Made by a program: the position numbers and the translations under genes. Shown piece by piece: positions 1-11,170 of a stretch of DNA of 64,000 bases. Position 1 is the stretch's first letter; the number at the start of each line of letters is the position of its first letter. A model generated the notes under the pieces. It was not told the origin of the DNA, searched no databases, and saw only the letters and a program-made list of their open reading frames with translations. The DNA comes from an uncultured bacterium (GTDB taxonomy: Bacteria; Krumholzibacteriota; Krumholzibacteriia; LZORAL124-64-63): NCBI GenBank assembly GCA_963727525.1, contig CAVSGO010000006.1, positions 224,001 to 288,000 on the forward strand. Direction: 5' to 3'.

Positions 1-2027
1 GCCTGGCCCGGGAAAAGTCACCGTATCTGCTCCAGCATCAGCACAATCCGGTGGATTGGTATCCGTGGGGCGAGGAGGCCTTCGCCAGGGCTCGCCAGGA
101 TGGCAAGCCCATCTTCCTCAGCATCGGGTACTCGACGTGCCACTGGTGTCACGTCATGGAACGGGAGTCGTTCGAGGATTCGACGGTGGCGGCGTTTCTC
201 AACACGCACTTCGTTGCCATCAAGGTCGATCGTGAGGAACGACCGGACGTCGACGAGATCTACATGACCTTCGTGCAGGCGACGGCAGGACAGGGCGGGT
301 GGCCGCTGAACGTGTTCCTCACACCGGACCTGAAGCCGTTCTTCGGCGGCACCTACTGGCCGCCCGCGGATCGGTACGGCCGCGCCGGGTTCCTGACCGT
401 GCTCCAACAGATTCGGCAGGCCTGGCAGATCCGGCGCGACGAGGTTACCGCGTCGGCAGACGATATCCATCGCCACCTCGAACAGGCCGTGCAGCCGCAC
501 GACGCCGGCCGCGACTCGCTCGTGGCTGCCGTCGTCGAGCGGGCCGGCTTGCAAATGAAGGACGGATTCGACGCCGCGAACGGCGGCTGGGGCCACGCGC
601 CCAAATTTCCCTCGCCGAGCTACCCTGCGTTCCTGTTGATGTACGGCACGGAGTACGAGGATCGCGAGGCCGTGGACATGGTCCTGCGCACGGCCAACGC
701 GATGGCGGCCGGCGGCATCCACGATCAGCTCGGGGGCGGCTTCCATCGCTACGCGGTCGATGAGAAGTGGCTCGTCCCACACTTCGAGAAGATGCTCTAT
801 GACAATGCCCAGCTACTGAATCTCTATCTGGATTGTTACCAGGTCAGCGGCGACGTCCGGTACGCCGAGGTGGCCCGCGGTATCGTCGCGTACGTGCGGC
901 GCGACATGACGCATCCCGGCGGCGGCTTCTATTCCGCCGAGGATGCCGACAGCGAGGGCAAGGAAGGCAAGTTCTTCTGCTGGACGCAAGACGAGCTGGG
1001 TCGCCTTCTGACGGACGACGAACGCGAGGTCGTCGTCCGGTACTACGGTGTGACCGCCGGCGGCAACTTCGTCGATCACAGCGATCCCGAGCCGCTGCCA
1101 GGTCTCAATGTCCTGAGTGTCGTGGATACGACCCTGACGATCGACGACCGCGCGCGACTCGCCTCCGGCAAGGCGAAGCTGCTCCGCGCGCGAAGCCAGC
1201 GCGTGCGGCCGTATCGAGACGACAAGATCCTCACCTCGTGGAACGGCCTGATGCTGGGCGCGCTGGCGCGCGCATCGGTGGTTCTCGATGACGCGGCGTC
1301 CCGGGAGGCGGCCGAGCGGAACCTGACGTTCCTGCAAGACCATCTCTGGGACGAATCGACGCACACCCTGCACCACCGCTGGCGCGACGGCGCCTGCGAT
1401 TCCGTGCAACTGCTCGACGACTACGCCTTTCTCCTGGCAGGCACCCTGGAGCTGTACCAGGCGACGCTCCAGCCGGCGCCGCTCGCCTTCGCCGTCGAGC
1501 TGGCGGACGCCTTGATGCTGCGATTCACCGATGGTGATCACGGTGGATTCTGGCAGAGCGGATCGCAGGGCGGAGATCTCATCCTGCGGGTGAAGATCGA
1601 CCGCGACGGGGTGGAGCCCTCCGGGAATTCCGTGGCCGCCCGCGCCCTGCTGAAGCTCGCGGCCATCACCGCGCGTCCGGACTATCGCGCAGCCGCCGAT
1701 GCCTGCCTCCAGGCACTTGCCCCGCGACTCGTGCAGACGCCGCGGGCGGTGCCGTACCTGCTGGCCGCTCTGGACTTCGCCGTTACCGAGCCCCGCCGCG
1801 TGGTGCTCGCCGGCGACCCCGCGACGGCCGCCGCCGCCGCCCTGATCCAGGCTGCTCATGCGGTCTACCAGCCGCGCAAAGTGGTGCTGGGGACGACTGG
1901 TCCCGTCGACGCTTTCGCGCGGACCCTGCCGGCCCGGGACGGCCAGCCGACGGTCTACCTCTGTACGGGCCAGGCCTGTCAGCCGCCCACCCACGAGCCC
2001 GGGCAGGTTACGACGCTGCTGCGCTGA
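1..2027 (+). CDS. Thioredoxin-domain (DUF255) YyaL/SSP411 family protein, 5' partial
   Basis: Frame is open upstream of 51 ([23 protein letters not shown]). Motifs [40 protein letters not shown] and [12 protein letters not shown]. Confidence 0.92.
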   Translation, partial: LAREKSPYLLQHQHNPVDWYPWGEEAFARARQDGKPIFLSIGYSTCHWCHVMERESFEDSTVAAFLNTHFVAIKVDREERPDVDEIYMTFVQATAGQGGWPLNVFLTPDLKPFFGGTYWPPADRYGRAGFLTVLQQIRQAWQIRRDEVTASADDIHRHLEQAVQPHDAGRDSLVAAVVERAGLQMKDGFDAANGGWGHAPKFPSPSYPAFLLMYGTEYEDREAVDMVLRTANAMAAGGIHDQLGGGFHRYAVDEKWLVPHFEKMLYDNAQLLNLYLDCYQVSGDVRYAEVARGIVAYVRRDMTHPGGGFYSAEDADSEGKEGKFFCWTQDELGRLLTDDEREVVVRYYGVTAGGNFVDHSDPEPLPGLNVLSVVDTTLTIDDRARLASGKAKLLRARSQRVRPYRDDKILTSWNGLMLGALARASVVLDDAASREAAERNLTFLQDHLWDESTHTLHHRWRDGACDSVQLLDDYAFLLAGTLELYQATLQPAPLAFAVELADALMLRFTDGDHGGFWQSGSQGGDLILRVKIDRDGVEPSGNSVAARALLKLAAITARPDYRAAADACLQALAPRLVQTPRAVPYLLAALDFAVTEPRRVVLAGDPATAAAAALIQAAHAVYQPRKVVLGTTGPVDAFARTLPARDGQPTVYLCTGQACQPPTHEPGQVTTLLR

Positions 2028-2082
2028 CACCCGGGACATCCGCGGTAGCGGCATCGATCACCCCGGGGTTACCATCCCTGTC

Positions 2083-2484
2083 ATGGAACCACGTGAGCAC
2101 ACCAGCCCCGGAATCGACGCCACGCCGGTAGGGCGTGCGACATCGCGCCGGCACGCCGCCGAAGATGTCTGGTTCTCGGAGCGATGGTTCGACGTCTCCG
2201 TGAATCGCCTCGTCGACGGCCAGTACCACCTGACCATCGCTTACCACTGCCACCCGCGCTGGGAAAACGAGCGCGACCGTCCGCACCTGGCAGCCTTCGT
2301 TTGCCGCTCCCCGCGCGACGTGCACCGCATCCTCAACGACTACGACTACCGCGGCCACATCCAGGTCGACTTCGTCCCCGAGGGCAGGCTCGACTTCGTC
2401 GAGCGCACGGTGGCGTACACCGATCGCCTCGTGTTCGATGTACGTACCGCGGTGCGCGGCCTCCTGCCGGCGCTGCGCGGCTGA
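2083..2484 (+). CDS. Hypothetical protein (~133 aa), possibly leaderless
   Basis: GC3-biased codons from ATG 2083; TACCAT -10-like hexamer ends 7 nt upstream; no SD sequence. Confidence 0.6.
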   Translation: MEPREHTSPGIDATPVGRATSRRHAAEDVWFSERWFDVSVNRLVDGQYHLTIAYHCHPRWENERDRPHLAAFVCRSPRDVHRILNDYDYRGHIQVDFVPEGRLDFVERTVAYTDRLVFDVRTAVRGLLPALRG

Positions 2485-2544
2485 AGCAGCCGCGAGCATC
2501 CTCGTCTACCTCGAGTCGACCACCGAGAAAGGACCGATTCGACC

Positions 2545-3726
2545 ATGGCCGAACCGTATGTCCAGTCCCCGGCACCCGACGCTCCCATCCGCAAGGTCAT
2601 CGACCCGATCACGCGATTCATGCACGTGGAGGCTGCCAGCGGCGTGGTTCTGCTCGCTTGCGCCGTCATCGCCTTCGCGCTCGCCAACTCGCCCTGGCAC
2701 GAGGCGTTCCTCGGTTTCTGGAAGCATGAGGTGGGCTTCAGGCTGGGCGGGTTCGCCATGCACCACTCGCTGAAACACTGGATCAACGACGGGCTCATGG
2801 CCGTGTTCTTCTTCGTCGTGGGTCTCGAAGTGAAGCGGGAACTCGTGGCCGGCGAGCTGCGCGACCCGCGCCGGGCCGTGCTGCCGGTGGCCGCAGCGTT
2901 CGGCGGCATGGTGGTGCCGGCGGCGATCTACTTCGCACTGCAGTCGGGCACGGAGCACGCCCATGGCTGGGCCGTGCCCATGGCCACCGACATCGCGTTC
3001 GTGGTGGGCTGCCTCGCCTTGCTCGGCGACCGCGTGCCGCGCGTACTGCGCGCGACGCTCCTGTCGCTGGCCATCGTCGACGACATCGGCGCCATCCTCG
3101 TGATCGCGTTCGTCTTCACATCAGGGCTGAACCTCACCGCGTTGCTGCTCGGCCTGGCCGGGCTAGGTGCGGTGGTGGGGCTGCGGAAGCTGGGTGTACG
3201 CCACTTCAGCGTGTACACGGTGGCCGGTGTGCTCGTGTGGGTGGCGTTCCACGAGTCGGGTATTCACGCGACCATAGCCGGCGTGGTGCTGGGGCTGCTC
3301 ACGCCGCTGGAGCCGCTCGAGCACCTGGAGGAGAAGCTGCACCCGTGGACGAGCTTCGTCGTCATGCCCGTTTTCGCCCTCGCCAATGCGGGGGTGCCGT
3401 TCCAGGTGGCCGACCTGGGCGATCCCGTGGCCCTGGCTGTGGCGGCGGGCCTGGTGCTGGGCAAGCCCCTGGGCGTGCTGTTGGCGGCATTCGTGGTGGT
3501 GAAGCTCGTGACGCGGACGTTGCCCGAGGGACTGACGTGGCGCATCATGCTGGGGGCCGGCGCCCTGGCGGGCATCGGTTTCACCATGTCGCTCTTCATC
3601 GCCAACCTCGCGCTCGACGAGCCGGGGCTGGGCGCGGCCAAGGTAGGCGTGCTGGGCGCCTCGGTCCTGGCGGCGACGCTGGGCATGCTCACGCTGCGCG
3701 CAGTGCTGCCCGGTCGGTCTGGCTAG
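2545..3726 (+). CDS. nhaA: Na+/H+ antiporter NhaA
   Basis: [51 protein letters not shown]. Confidence 0.95.
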   Translation: MAEPYVQSPAPDAPIRKVIDPITRFMHVEAASGVVLLACAVIAFALANSPWHEAFLGFWKHEVGFRLGGFAMHHSLKHWINDGLMAVFFFVVGLEVKRELVAGELRDPRRAVLPVAAAFGGMVVPAAIYFALQSGTEHAHGWAVPMATDIAFVVGCLALLGDRVPRVLRATLLSLAIVDDIGAILVIAFVFTSGLNLTALLLGLAGLGAVVGLRKLGVRHFSVYTVAGVLVWVAFHESGIHATIAGVVLGLLTPLEPLEHLEEKLHPWTSFVVMPVFALANAGVPFQVADLGDPVALAVAAGLVLGKPLGVLLAAFVVVKLVTRTLPEGLTWRIMLGAGALAGIGFTMSLFIANLALDEPGLGAAKVGVLGASVLAATLGMLTLRAVLPGRSG

Positions 3727-5753
3727 GGCACGTTGCGCCGCAGCTCCTCGAGCCAGGGCGCCGCGGTGGCATCGCTGGGCGCTCGCCAGTCGCCACGCGG
3801 GGAGAGCGACCCGCCGGACGTGAGCTTCGGTCCGTTGGGGATGGCCGACCGCTTGAACTGACTCTGCGCGAAGAACCGGGTGAGGAATACCTCGAGCCAG
3901 TGCTTGATCGTGGGCAGGTCGTGGGCGTGGCGATCGGCCGCCGCGATGCCGGGCGGCCAGGTGCCGCGCGCGATGTCCTCCCAGGCCTCGAGCGCGAGGT
4001 ACGCCACCTTGCTCGGACGCAGACCGTAACGTGTGAGGTAATAGAGGTTGAAGTCCTGCAGCTCGTAGGGCCCTACCACCGACTGCGTGCTCTGCAGGGC
4101 GGCGCCCGGCACCAGTTCCGGCGACACCTCCGTGGCCAGCACGCGGTCGAGCACGTCGCTCACCTCGGGGCCGAAGATATCCTGCGCACTCACCCAGCGG
4201 ATGAGGTGCTGGATCAGCGTCTTGGCCACGGACGCGTTCACCGCGTAGTGCGACATCTGGTCGCCCACGCCATACGTGCACCAGCCCAGGGCCAGCTCCG
4301 ACAGGTCTCCGGTGCCCACCACCAGGCCGCCTTCCTGATTCGCCAGACGAAAGAGCAGGTCGGTCCGCGCGCCGGCCTGCACGTTCTCGAAGGTGACGTC
4401 GTACACCGCTTCGCCACGGGCGAAGGGATGGTCGATATCGGCCAGGAGCTGGCGGGCCAGCGGCGTGATGTCGATCTCGCGCGCGTCGATGCCCAGCTCG
4501 CGCATCAGCTCCCAGGCGTTTGCTTTCGTCTCGTCGCTGGTGGCGAAGCCGGGCAAGGTGACGCCGATGATATCGGCGCGGTCGCGTCCCATGAGATCGA
4601 AGGCGCGGCAGGTCACGAGCAGGGCCTGGGTGGAATCGAGTCCGCCGGAGACGCCGATCACGGCCCTGGCGATGCTGGCCGACTGCAACCGCGTCATCAG
4701 CGCGGCCACCTGGATGTTGGTGGCCTCGTAACAGTCACGTTCCAGGCGGGTGGGATCGTGGGGCACGAAGGGGAAGCGGTCGATCGCGCGCGCCAGACGC
4801 ACCTCGGCCGCGGGCGGATCCAGCCGGAACGGGATGCGGCGCACGGTGCGCACATCGTCGCGTTGCAGGGCGGCGTCACGGAAGGTGCCGAAGCGCACCC
4901 GTTCCTGTACGAGCCGCTCCACGTCGATGTCGGCGGTGATGAACGTGCTCTCGAGCGGGAAGCGGCGCGACTCGGCCAGCTTCTCGCCCATCTCGAACAC
5001 TGCGAGATGCCCGTCCCACGCCAGGTCGGTGGTGCTCTCGCCATGACCGGCGGCGGAGTAGAGATACGCGGCCACGCAGCGGCGCGACTGCCCATCGCAC
5101 AGCGCATTGCGATCGTCGGCCTTGCCGATCACGATGTTGCTGGCCGAAAGATTCGCCAGCACCGTGGCGCCGGCCAGCGCCAGCCGCGTGGACGGCGGCG
5201 TGGGCGCCCACACGTCCTCGCAAATCTCCACGCCGAGGGTGTAGCCGGGGTAGTCGTCGGCCACGAAAATCAGGTCGGCCCCAAAGGGCACGTCCTGGCC
5301 GAGCAGCGTGATCGCGTCTCGCGTGGCGTGCGCGGCCGTGGCGAAGTGCCGCTTCTCGTAGAACTCCCGGTAATTGGGCAGGAAGCTCTTGGGCACCGCG
5401 CCGAGCACGTGCCCGCGATGGATGATGACGGCGGTGTTGTATAGCGCGCCGTCCACGCGCAGGGGCGCGCCCACGATGAGCGTGGGAAAGAGCGTCGCGC
5501 TGGCCGCGATCAGCGACGCCAGGCCCTCCAGCACCGCGTCATGCAACGCATCCTGCATGAGCAGATCGTCGATGGCGTACCCGCTCAAACCCAGCTCCGG
5601 AAACAACACCAGCGCGGCGCGCTGCTCGTGGGCGCGCCGGGCGAGCGCGAGCGTCTCGGCCGCATTGGTCGCCGGATCGGCGGGCGCGATGGTGGGCGCG
5701 CAGGCGGTTACGCGGACGAAGCCGTGGGCATAGAGGGAGCGGAAGGGGGCCAT
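3723..5753 (-). CDS. nadE: Glutamine-dependent NAD+ synthetase
   Basis: Nitrilase domain ([25 protein letters not shown]) plus synthetase domain ([30 protein letters not shown]). Start at MAPFRSLY. Confidence 0.95.
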   Translation of the reverse strand: MAPFRSLYAHGFVRVTACAPTIAPADPATNAAETLALARRAHEQRAALVLFPELGLSGYAIDDLLMQDALHDAVLEGLASLIAASATLFPTLIVGAPLRVDGALYNTAVIIHRGHVLGAVPKSFLPNYREFYEKRHFATAAHATRDAITLLGQDVPFGADLIFVADDYPGYTLGVEICEDVWAPTPPSTRLALAGATVLANLSASNIVIGKADDRNALCDGQSRRCVAAYLYSAAGHGESTTDLAWDGHLAVFEMGEKLAESRRFPLESTFITADIDVERLVQERVRFGTFRDAALQRDDVRTVRRIPFRLDPPAAEVRLARAIDRFPFVPHDPTRLERDCYEATNIQVAALMTRLQSASIARAVIGVSGGLDSTQALLVTCRAFDLMGRDRADIIGVTLPGFATSDETKANAWELMRELGIDAREIDITPLARQLLADIDHPFARGEAVYDVTFENVQAGARTDLLFRLANQEGGLVVGTGDLSELALGWCTYGVGDQMSHYAVNASVAKTLIQHLIRWVSAQDIFGPEVSDVLDRVLATEVSPELVPGAALQSTQSVVGPYELQDFNLYYLTRYGLRPSKVAYLALEAWEDIARGTWPPGIAAADRHAHDLPTIKHWLEVFLTRFFAQSQFKRSAIPNGPKLTSGGSLSPRGDWRAPSDATAAPWLEELRRNVP

Positions 5754-5910
5754 GGCGATCCTGTCGGTCGAGGGGGCCGTGGTCTCGTTGCTCTCCAAGT
5801 TGAGCGCGAAAGGGCACGCGTCAAGGGCGCAAGCCATGGTGCCGGCACCACGATGGAATCTTGCCCCGGCTGGGTCGATATGTCGTCACCCCTGCCCGAG
5901 CCGGTGTCGG

Positions 5911-6657
5911 TCACCGCAGCAGCAACCGCACCGCGAACACCACGATCACCACCAGCACGAGGCGGCGCAACCACGCGTGGCCCTTGGCGATGGCCAGGCG
6001 CGTGCCCAGCCAGCCGCCCAGCGCGTTGCCGGCAGCCAGCGCAATGCCGAGGTGCCAGTTCACCTCGTGGTGCACGATGAACACGATCAAGGCCGTGACG
6101 GTGAACGCGCCGACCACGAACACCTTGATGGCATTGATACGCACCAGGTCGAGACCGTGCACGAGCAAACCCGTGATGACCAGGAAGCCCACGCCGGCCT
6201 GGATGAACCCCCCGTACATGCCGATGGCGAAGAACGAGACCACGAGCACCGCCGTCCTCGCGGTACCCAGCCGCGCCACGTCGACGCGTAGCCGCTTCGC
6301 TGGATCGATCACCATCACCACGCACACGCCCAGCATCACGGCGGCGAGGATGCGCTTGAAGAGCTGATCGTCGATATCCACGGCCAGGCGCGCTCCCAGC
6401 GCTCCGCCCACCAGCGCGGGCGCCGTGCACAACAATGCCAGACGCCACGGCAAAAGCCCGCGCTGCTGGAAGCCCCGCACCGCGACGATATTCTGCGCGA
6501 GGATGGCGACGCGATTGGTGCCATTGGCCACGGCCGCCGGCAGGCCTACCCAGATCAGCACCGGCAGTACGAGCAACGAACCCCCACCGGCCAGCACGTT
6601 GAGGATGCCGGCCACGAGTCCGACCGCGAACAGGAGCAGAGCGTGGAGGGGATTCAC
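5911..6657 (-). CDS. Sulfite exporter TauE/SafE family membrane protein
   Basis: AGILNVLAGGGSLL, ANGTNR, GMYGGFIQAGVG; multiple TM segments. GTG start at 6657 is inferred. Confidence 0.88.
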   Translation of the reverse strand: MNPLHALLLFAVGLVAGILNVLAGGGSLLVLPVLIWVGLPAAVANGTNRVAILAQNIVAVRGFQQRGLLPWRLALLCTAPALVGGALGARLAVDIDDQLFKRILAAVMLGVCVVMVIDPAKRLRVDVARLGTARTAVLVVSFFAIGMYGGFIQAGVGFLVITGLLVHGLDLVRINAIKVFVVGAFTVTALIVFIVHHEVNWHLGIALAAGNALGGWLGTRLAIAKGHAWLRRLVLVVIVVFAVRLLLR

Positions 6658-6972
6658 GAAGATGTCCTCGCTGGTGTCCGCGCCGTACGACCCGTCCCGA
6701 GGTCGCGCCATCATCGTACAGCGCAGCGCCGCAAAGGCAACCCCCGGTCGGCTGGCGAGACCGCCGCAGCCACCATACGTTCTCGATGACGCACGCCGAA
6801 GGTGATTCCGCCGTGCGCGTCCTCATCGTGGACGTCGGGAGACCTCGTCGATGCCGGCGCCAATCTGTTCTCCTGGGCGGGTCGCTGTGTACGAGTTCCT
6901 GAGCTCTGACATTGGATCTGACCCGGTTTTCCGGACACTGTGTTACTTTCGTAGCGAAGGGAGCCACCGACC

Positions 6973-7671
6973 ATGACACCGCATCTCGCCGCCAAGCCCG
7001 GTGACATCGCCGACCGCGTGCTGCTGCCCGGAGATCCGCTGCGCGCCCGCCACATCGCCGAGACCTATCTGAACGACGCCGTCTGCTACAACGAGGTCCG
7101 TGGCATGCTGGGCTTCACCGGCACCTACAAGGGCAAGCGCGTTTCGGTGCAGGGAACGGGCATGGGCGTGCCGTCCCTCTCCATCTATGTCCACGAGCTC
7201 ATGGCCGACTACGGGGTGAAGCGCGCGATCCGTGTCGGCACCTGCGGGTCGCTGCAGGAGCACGTGGGCCTGCGCGATGTGATCCTGGCCATGAGCGCGT
7301 CCACAGACTCCGCGATCAACCGGATCCGCTTCGCGGGGAAGGACTACGCCCCCACGGCCGACGCCGACCTGCTGTTCGCGGCCCGGGATGCCGCCAAAGC
7401 CATGAACCTGACCATCCACGCCGGGGCCGTGCTGACATCGGACACGTTCTATGACGACGATCCCGACAGCTGGCGCATCTGGGCCAGATTCGGCGTGCTG
7501 GCCGTGGAGATGGAGACCGCGGCACTGTACACGCTGGCGGCCGGGTTCGGTGCCCAGGCGCTTTCGGTGTTGACGGTGAGCGACCATCTCGTTCGGGGCG
7601 AAGGGGCGACGCCGCTGGAGCGGCAACAGGCGTTCGGGAGCATGATGGAGCTGGCGCTGGAGACGATTTGA
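6973..7671 (+). CDS. deoD: Purine-nucleoside phosphorylase (DeoD type)
   Basis: [54 protein letters not shown]. Confidence 0.96.
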   Translation: MTPHLAAKPGDIADRVLLPGDPLRARHIAETYLNDAVCYNEVRGMLGFTGTYKGKRVSVQGTGMGVPSLSIYVHELMADYGVKRAIRVGTCGSLQEHVGLRDVILAMSASTDSAINRIRFAGKDYAPTADADLLFAARDAAKAMNLTIHAGAVLTSDTFYDDDPDSWRIWARFGVLAVEMETAALYTLAAGFGAQALSVLTVSDHLVRGEGATPLERQQAFGSMMELALETI

Positions 7672-7678
7672 AGCCGAG

Positions 7679-8906
7679 GGTTGTACCTGCGAAATTGTGC
7701 ATGGCCCGGTGCTTGCCTGACCCGAGGCCATGTGCCCGTCGACCTCACCCGCAACTCAACCCTGGTCCCCTCCTCACTGCCCCAACCCCAACTGCCACCA
7801 CCACCACCACATGCACGGCCCCTGGCCCTTCCTCAGGCGCGGATACTTCCGACGACTCAACCCGCCCCACCTCGTCCCCCGCTTCCAGTGCCGACACTGC
7901 GGCCGATCCTTCTCCAAGCAGACCTTCTCCACCACCTACTGGCTCAAGAAGCCGCTTCTGCTGCCCCTGATCCTCGATCTCTCCGTCAACGCCATGGCCA
8001 ACCGCCAGGCGGCCCGGACGCTCAAATGTGCTCCCGCGACCGCCGATCTCCAGCTCGCCCGCCTCGGCCGCCACTGCCTGCTCTTTCAGCGACACATGCT
8101 CACCGGGGCGTCTCCCCCCGCTGACATCGCCATCGATGGCTTCGTCACCTTCGAGTACAGCCAGGACTACCCGTTCGAGTTCCTGGTCGCCGTCAACCGG
8201 GACAACAGCTTCGTCGAGCACTTCACCGAGGCGCCGCAGCGGCGTAGCGGCCGGATGACCGGGGCCCAGAAGAGGCGCCGAGCGGCGCTCGAAGCCGCGT
8301 TCGGGACGCCTGACCCGAAAGCTGTCGAGCAAGGGATGCGCGAGGTGCTCGAGGTCACCCTGGCGGGGGCCACCGTGGCGACGGTGCATAGCGACGAGCA
8401 TCAGGCCTATCCGCGGGCGATGCGGGGACTGGCCGTTGAAATCGACCACCAGACGATCAGTTCGCGGGCGAAGCGGGATGCTCGCAATCCGCTGTTCGAG
8501 ATCAATGCGCTGGATGCATTCATCCGGCACAGTCGGGCGGATCATCGGCGGGAGACGATCGCGTTCGCACGGCGCCGCCAGGCTGCGGCGGAGCGATTCG
8601 CGGTGTTCGTGGTGTGGAAGAACTTCGTGAAGAAGCGCTGGGAGAAGCGGTGCTTGTCGACGCCGGCGATGTTGCGGGGGCTTGTGGCGCGGCGGTTGAC
8701 GGTGGCAGACATCCTGGAGACGCGGTTGTTTCCGGGGCGGATCGGGTTGCCTGAGAGATGGCGGGAGTACTACTGGGGTCTGGTGGAGACACCGGTGGTG
8801 GGGGTGAATCGGCGGCACGAGCTGAAGTACGCGTTCTAGAAGCGGGTGCGGCGGTCGGTGAATTCCGGCCGCGGAACCCGGCATGCACAATTTCGCAGGT
8901 ACAACC
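7679..8906. mobile_element. Insertion sequence, IS1/IS1595-like, single ORF, ~1.23 kb
   Basis: Perfect inverted repeats GGGTTGTACCTGCGAAATTGTGCATG at 7678-7703 and 8882-8907. Flanking direct repeat CGAG (7675-7678 / 8907-8910), or CCGAGG if the ends are trimmed 1 bp. Encloses a transposase-like ORF. Confidence 0.85.
7730..8839 (+). CDS. Putative DDE transposase (Zn ribbon + HTH + catalytic domain), IS1-like
   Basis: CPNPNC...RFQCRHCGRSFS zinc ribbon; HTH-like NRQAARTLKC; IAIDG and VHSDEHQAY acidic motifs; TPAMLRGL near the C-terminus; bounded by IRs. Confidence 0.8.
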   Translation: MCPSTSPATQPWSPPHCPNPNCHHHHHMHGPWPFLRRGYFRRLNPPHLVPRFQCRHCGRSFSKQTFSTTYWLKKPLLLPLILDLSVNAMANRQAARTLKCAPATADLQLARLGRHCLLFQRHMLTGASPPADIAIDGFVTFEYSQDYPFEFLVAVNRDNSFVEHFTEAPQRRSGRMTGAQKRRRAALEAAFGTPDPKAVEQGMREVLEVTLAGATVATVHSDEHQAYPRAMRGLAVEIDHQTISSRAKRDARNPLFEINALDAFIRHSRADHRRETIAFARRRQAAAERFAVFVVWKNFVKKRWEKRCLSTPAMLRGLVARRLTVADILETRLFPGRIGLPERWREYYWGLVETPVVGVNRRHELKYAF

Positions 8907-9091
8907 CGAGGCTCGAATAACTCGCGTAGGCCGCCGGGTCGACACTTGTTCTGCTGGCGTGTGGGATATCTGGCGGGTGCCGAACACGCCCAGTCTTGTG
9001 ACCCACACGCAGGCCATAAGCGCTCCGATTCGCGCTGACGCTGTGGTATACCTATTCTTGACGAAATGGATTATCCCGAGGAGGTGACGCC

Positions 9092-10327
9092 TTGTCGTTC
9101 CGGTACGTCTTCATCGCCGTGCTCGTCAGCACGGCGATCATTGCTGCCGCTCTGATCGTCAATGCGCGCCGCCCTTCGGTGGAGACGGCGCAGCCGACGG
9201 CCGGGCTCGTCAAGGCGAGCGGCAAATGCGCGGAGTGCCATCGGCGCGAGACCGAGGCCATGGTGGTGGAATACGAGCAGAGCGTGCATGCGACGCGCGG
9301 CGTCAACTGCCTGGATTGCCACCGGCCCATGGACGGACAGGAGTCCTTGGACCATCGGGGCTTCACGATCGCGAAGACGCTGACAGCGAAGAACTGCGCG
9401 CAGTGCCACCAGAACCAGTACGATCAGTTCCTGCGCAGCCGCCATGCGGCGCCGGCGTACGCCGCGGTTCTCGGCGATACCGTGTTCACGCCGCAGCAGA
9501 TCGCTGACGCGGAGCGGTATCATCCCGGCGCGGTCAAGCGCGCCGGCAACCCGCTGGTGGGCCTCGAGGGCGATGCCGCCGCGGTGAAGGGTTGTCTCTC
9601 CTGCCACTCGGTAGGCAAACCCAACGCCGACGGGTCGATCGGCTCGTGCACTGTGTGCCATGGCCGGCACCTGGCCTCGGTACGTCTCGCCCGTCTGCCG
9701 CGCACCTGTGGCCAGTGCCACATGGGTCCGGACCACAGCCAGATCGAGATCTACGACGAGTCGAAACACGGGGTGATCTTCAACGACCTCGCGTCGAAGA
9801 TGAATCTGGATGCGCCACCGCGTACGCTCACGCCGCGCGACATGCCGGTGCCCACCTGCGCCACATGCCACATGAGCGGCATGGGGGGCCAGAAGGTGAC
9901 CCACGACACTTCGGAACGCCTGTCGTACTGGCTCTTCGCCGCCGAGTCCAAGCGGCGACCGGATTACCTCCAGGCGCAGAACGACATGAAGGACCTGTGC
10001 AACACCTGCCACGTTGCAAGCCATACCGACCGCTTCTACGCCGAGGCCGAGTCGGTGGTCACGGCAACGAACAGGAAGATTGCGCAGGGACTGGCCATCA
10101 TCGACAGTCTGCGCCAAGATGGGCTCCTGACGCCGGCCCCGTTCGACGAGCCGATCGAGTTCACCGCCTTCGATTTCTGGCACTACTACGGTCGCACGGC
10201 CAAGCACGGCGCTTTCATGGGCGGCGCGGACTTCGTGCAGTGGCACGGCAATTACGAGTTGCTCAAGCATACGGTCGATCTAAGGGCGGAGGCTGCCGAG
10301 CTGAGGCGCGAGCATGGGCGTCCGTGA
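9092..10327 (+). CDS. Octaheme c-type cytochrome, HAO/epsilon-HAO family
   Basis: Eight CxxCH motifs (CAECH, CLDCH, CAQCH, CLSCH, CTVCH, CGQCH, CATCH, CNTCH); HAO-family CGQCHMGPDHSQIEIYDESKHG and PTCATCHM; N-terminal TM/signal; TTG start with GAGGAGG SD. Confidence 0.88.
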   Translation: MSFRYVFIAVLVSTAIIAAALIVNARRPSVETAQPTAGLVKASGKCAECHRRETEAMVVEYEQSVHATRGVNCLDCHRPMDGQESLDHRGFTIAKTLTAKNCAQCHQNQYDQFLRSRHAAPAYAAVLGDTVFTPQQIADAERYHPGAVKRAGNPLVGLEGDAAAVKGCLSCHSVGKPNADGSIGSCTVCHGRHLASVRLARLPRTCGQCHMGPDHSQIEIYDESKHGVIFNDLASKMNLDAPPRTLTPRDMPVPTCATCHMSGMGGQKVTHDTSERLSYWLFAAESKRRPDYLQAQNDMKDLCNTCHVASHTDRFYAEAESVVTATNRKIAQGLAIIDSLRQDGLLTPAPFDEPIEFTAFDFWHYYGRTAKHGAFMGGADFVQWHGNYELLKHTVDLRAEAAELRREHGRP

Positions 10328-11132
10328 GCGTGTGCGAGGTTGGTCGCGGCCGCTGCTGGTCGAGCTGTTCGCCATCGGCAACCTTGCGTTCCTGACCCTC
10401 GACGTGTTCATCGCCCACTCGATCAACGCCTTCGGTTACCCGATCGAGCGCATCCCCGTGGGCTTCGGCGTGGTTGGCGCCGTGGTGCTGGCGGTGGGCC
10501 TGGTGGCCGACGCTTTCGATCTACGCCGGGCCGCCGCGCGCTGGGCGGGCTACCTGGTGGGGCCGGCGGCGATCCTCGTCGGCGTGGTCGGCCTGTTTCT
10601 GCACCTGAAGAGCAGCTTCTTCGACGCGCAGACGCTCAAGAGCCTCGTCTATACGGCGCCGTTCGCCGCGCCACTCGCGTTCGCGGGCCTCGGCTTCCTC
10701 GTGCTCGCCAACCGCATGGTGCCGCGCGGCTCGCGCGAGTGGGCGCGGTGGGTGCTCTTCCTCGCCTGGGGCGGCTTCGTGGGCAATCTCGCGCTCTCGC
10801 TCGCCGACCACGCACAGAACGGCTTCTTCGACGTGCTCGAGTGGATCCCGGTGTTTGCCGCCGCCCTCGCCGTGGGGTTCCTGCTGGTGGTGCTGGTGCG
10901 CAGCGACGACCGCGTGCTGCTGCGCGCGAGCCTGGGAATCATGGCCCTGCAGGTGGTCGTGGGATGTGTCGGGTTCGTCCTGCACGTTCACGCTGACCTG
11001 CACCAGCCTGCCCCCGGGATCGTCCAGGCCATCCTCTTCGGCGCTCCGCCGTTCGCTCCGCTCCTGTTCGCCGACCTGGCGGCCCTGGCGGCGATCGCCC
11101 TGTGGGATCTCCTCGAAGCGCCGGCCGACTGA
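10314..11132 (+). CDS. Integral membrane protein with internal duplication and conserved His; partner of the octaheme cytochrome
   Basis: Overlaps the octaheme stop; about 8 TM segments; two similar halves. Confidence 0.8.
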   Translation: MGVRERVRGWSRPLLVELFAIGNLAFLTLDVFIAHSINAFGYPIERIPVGFGVVGAVVLAVGLVADAFDLRRAAARWAGYLVGPAAILVGVVGLFLHLKSSFFDAQTLKSLVYTAPFAAPLAFAGLGFLVLANRMVPRGSREWARWVLFLAWGGFVGNLALSLADHAQNGFFDVLEWIPVFAAALAVGFLLVVLVRSDDRVLLRASLGIMALQVVVGCVGFVLHVHADLHQPAPGIVQAILFGAPPFAPLLFADLAALAAIALWDLLEAPAD

Positions 11133-11170
11133 GGACGACTCGGGGGACCGGCGTCACCCTACCGCCGATA

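Noticed and set aside
3723-3726. Shared CTAG stop overlap of convergent genes (also 60676-60679)
   Set aside because: A common compaction arrangement with no evidence of special function.
3237-5444. Long antisense or alternative-frame ORFs (also 10939-12993, 27961-30060, 41566-43641, 49830-51752, 56826-59096)
   Set aside because: Shadow ORFs typical of high-GC DNA, overlapping well-supported genes and lacking recognisable motifs.
6780-6972. Purine riboswitch upstream of deoD
   Set aside because: No purine-aptamer core (e.g. TTTCTACC / CCGTAAA pattern) could be recognised.
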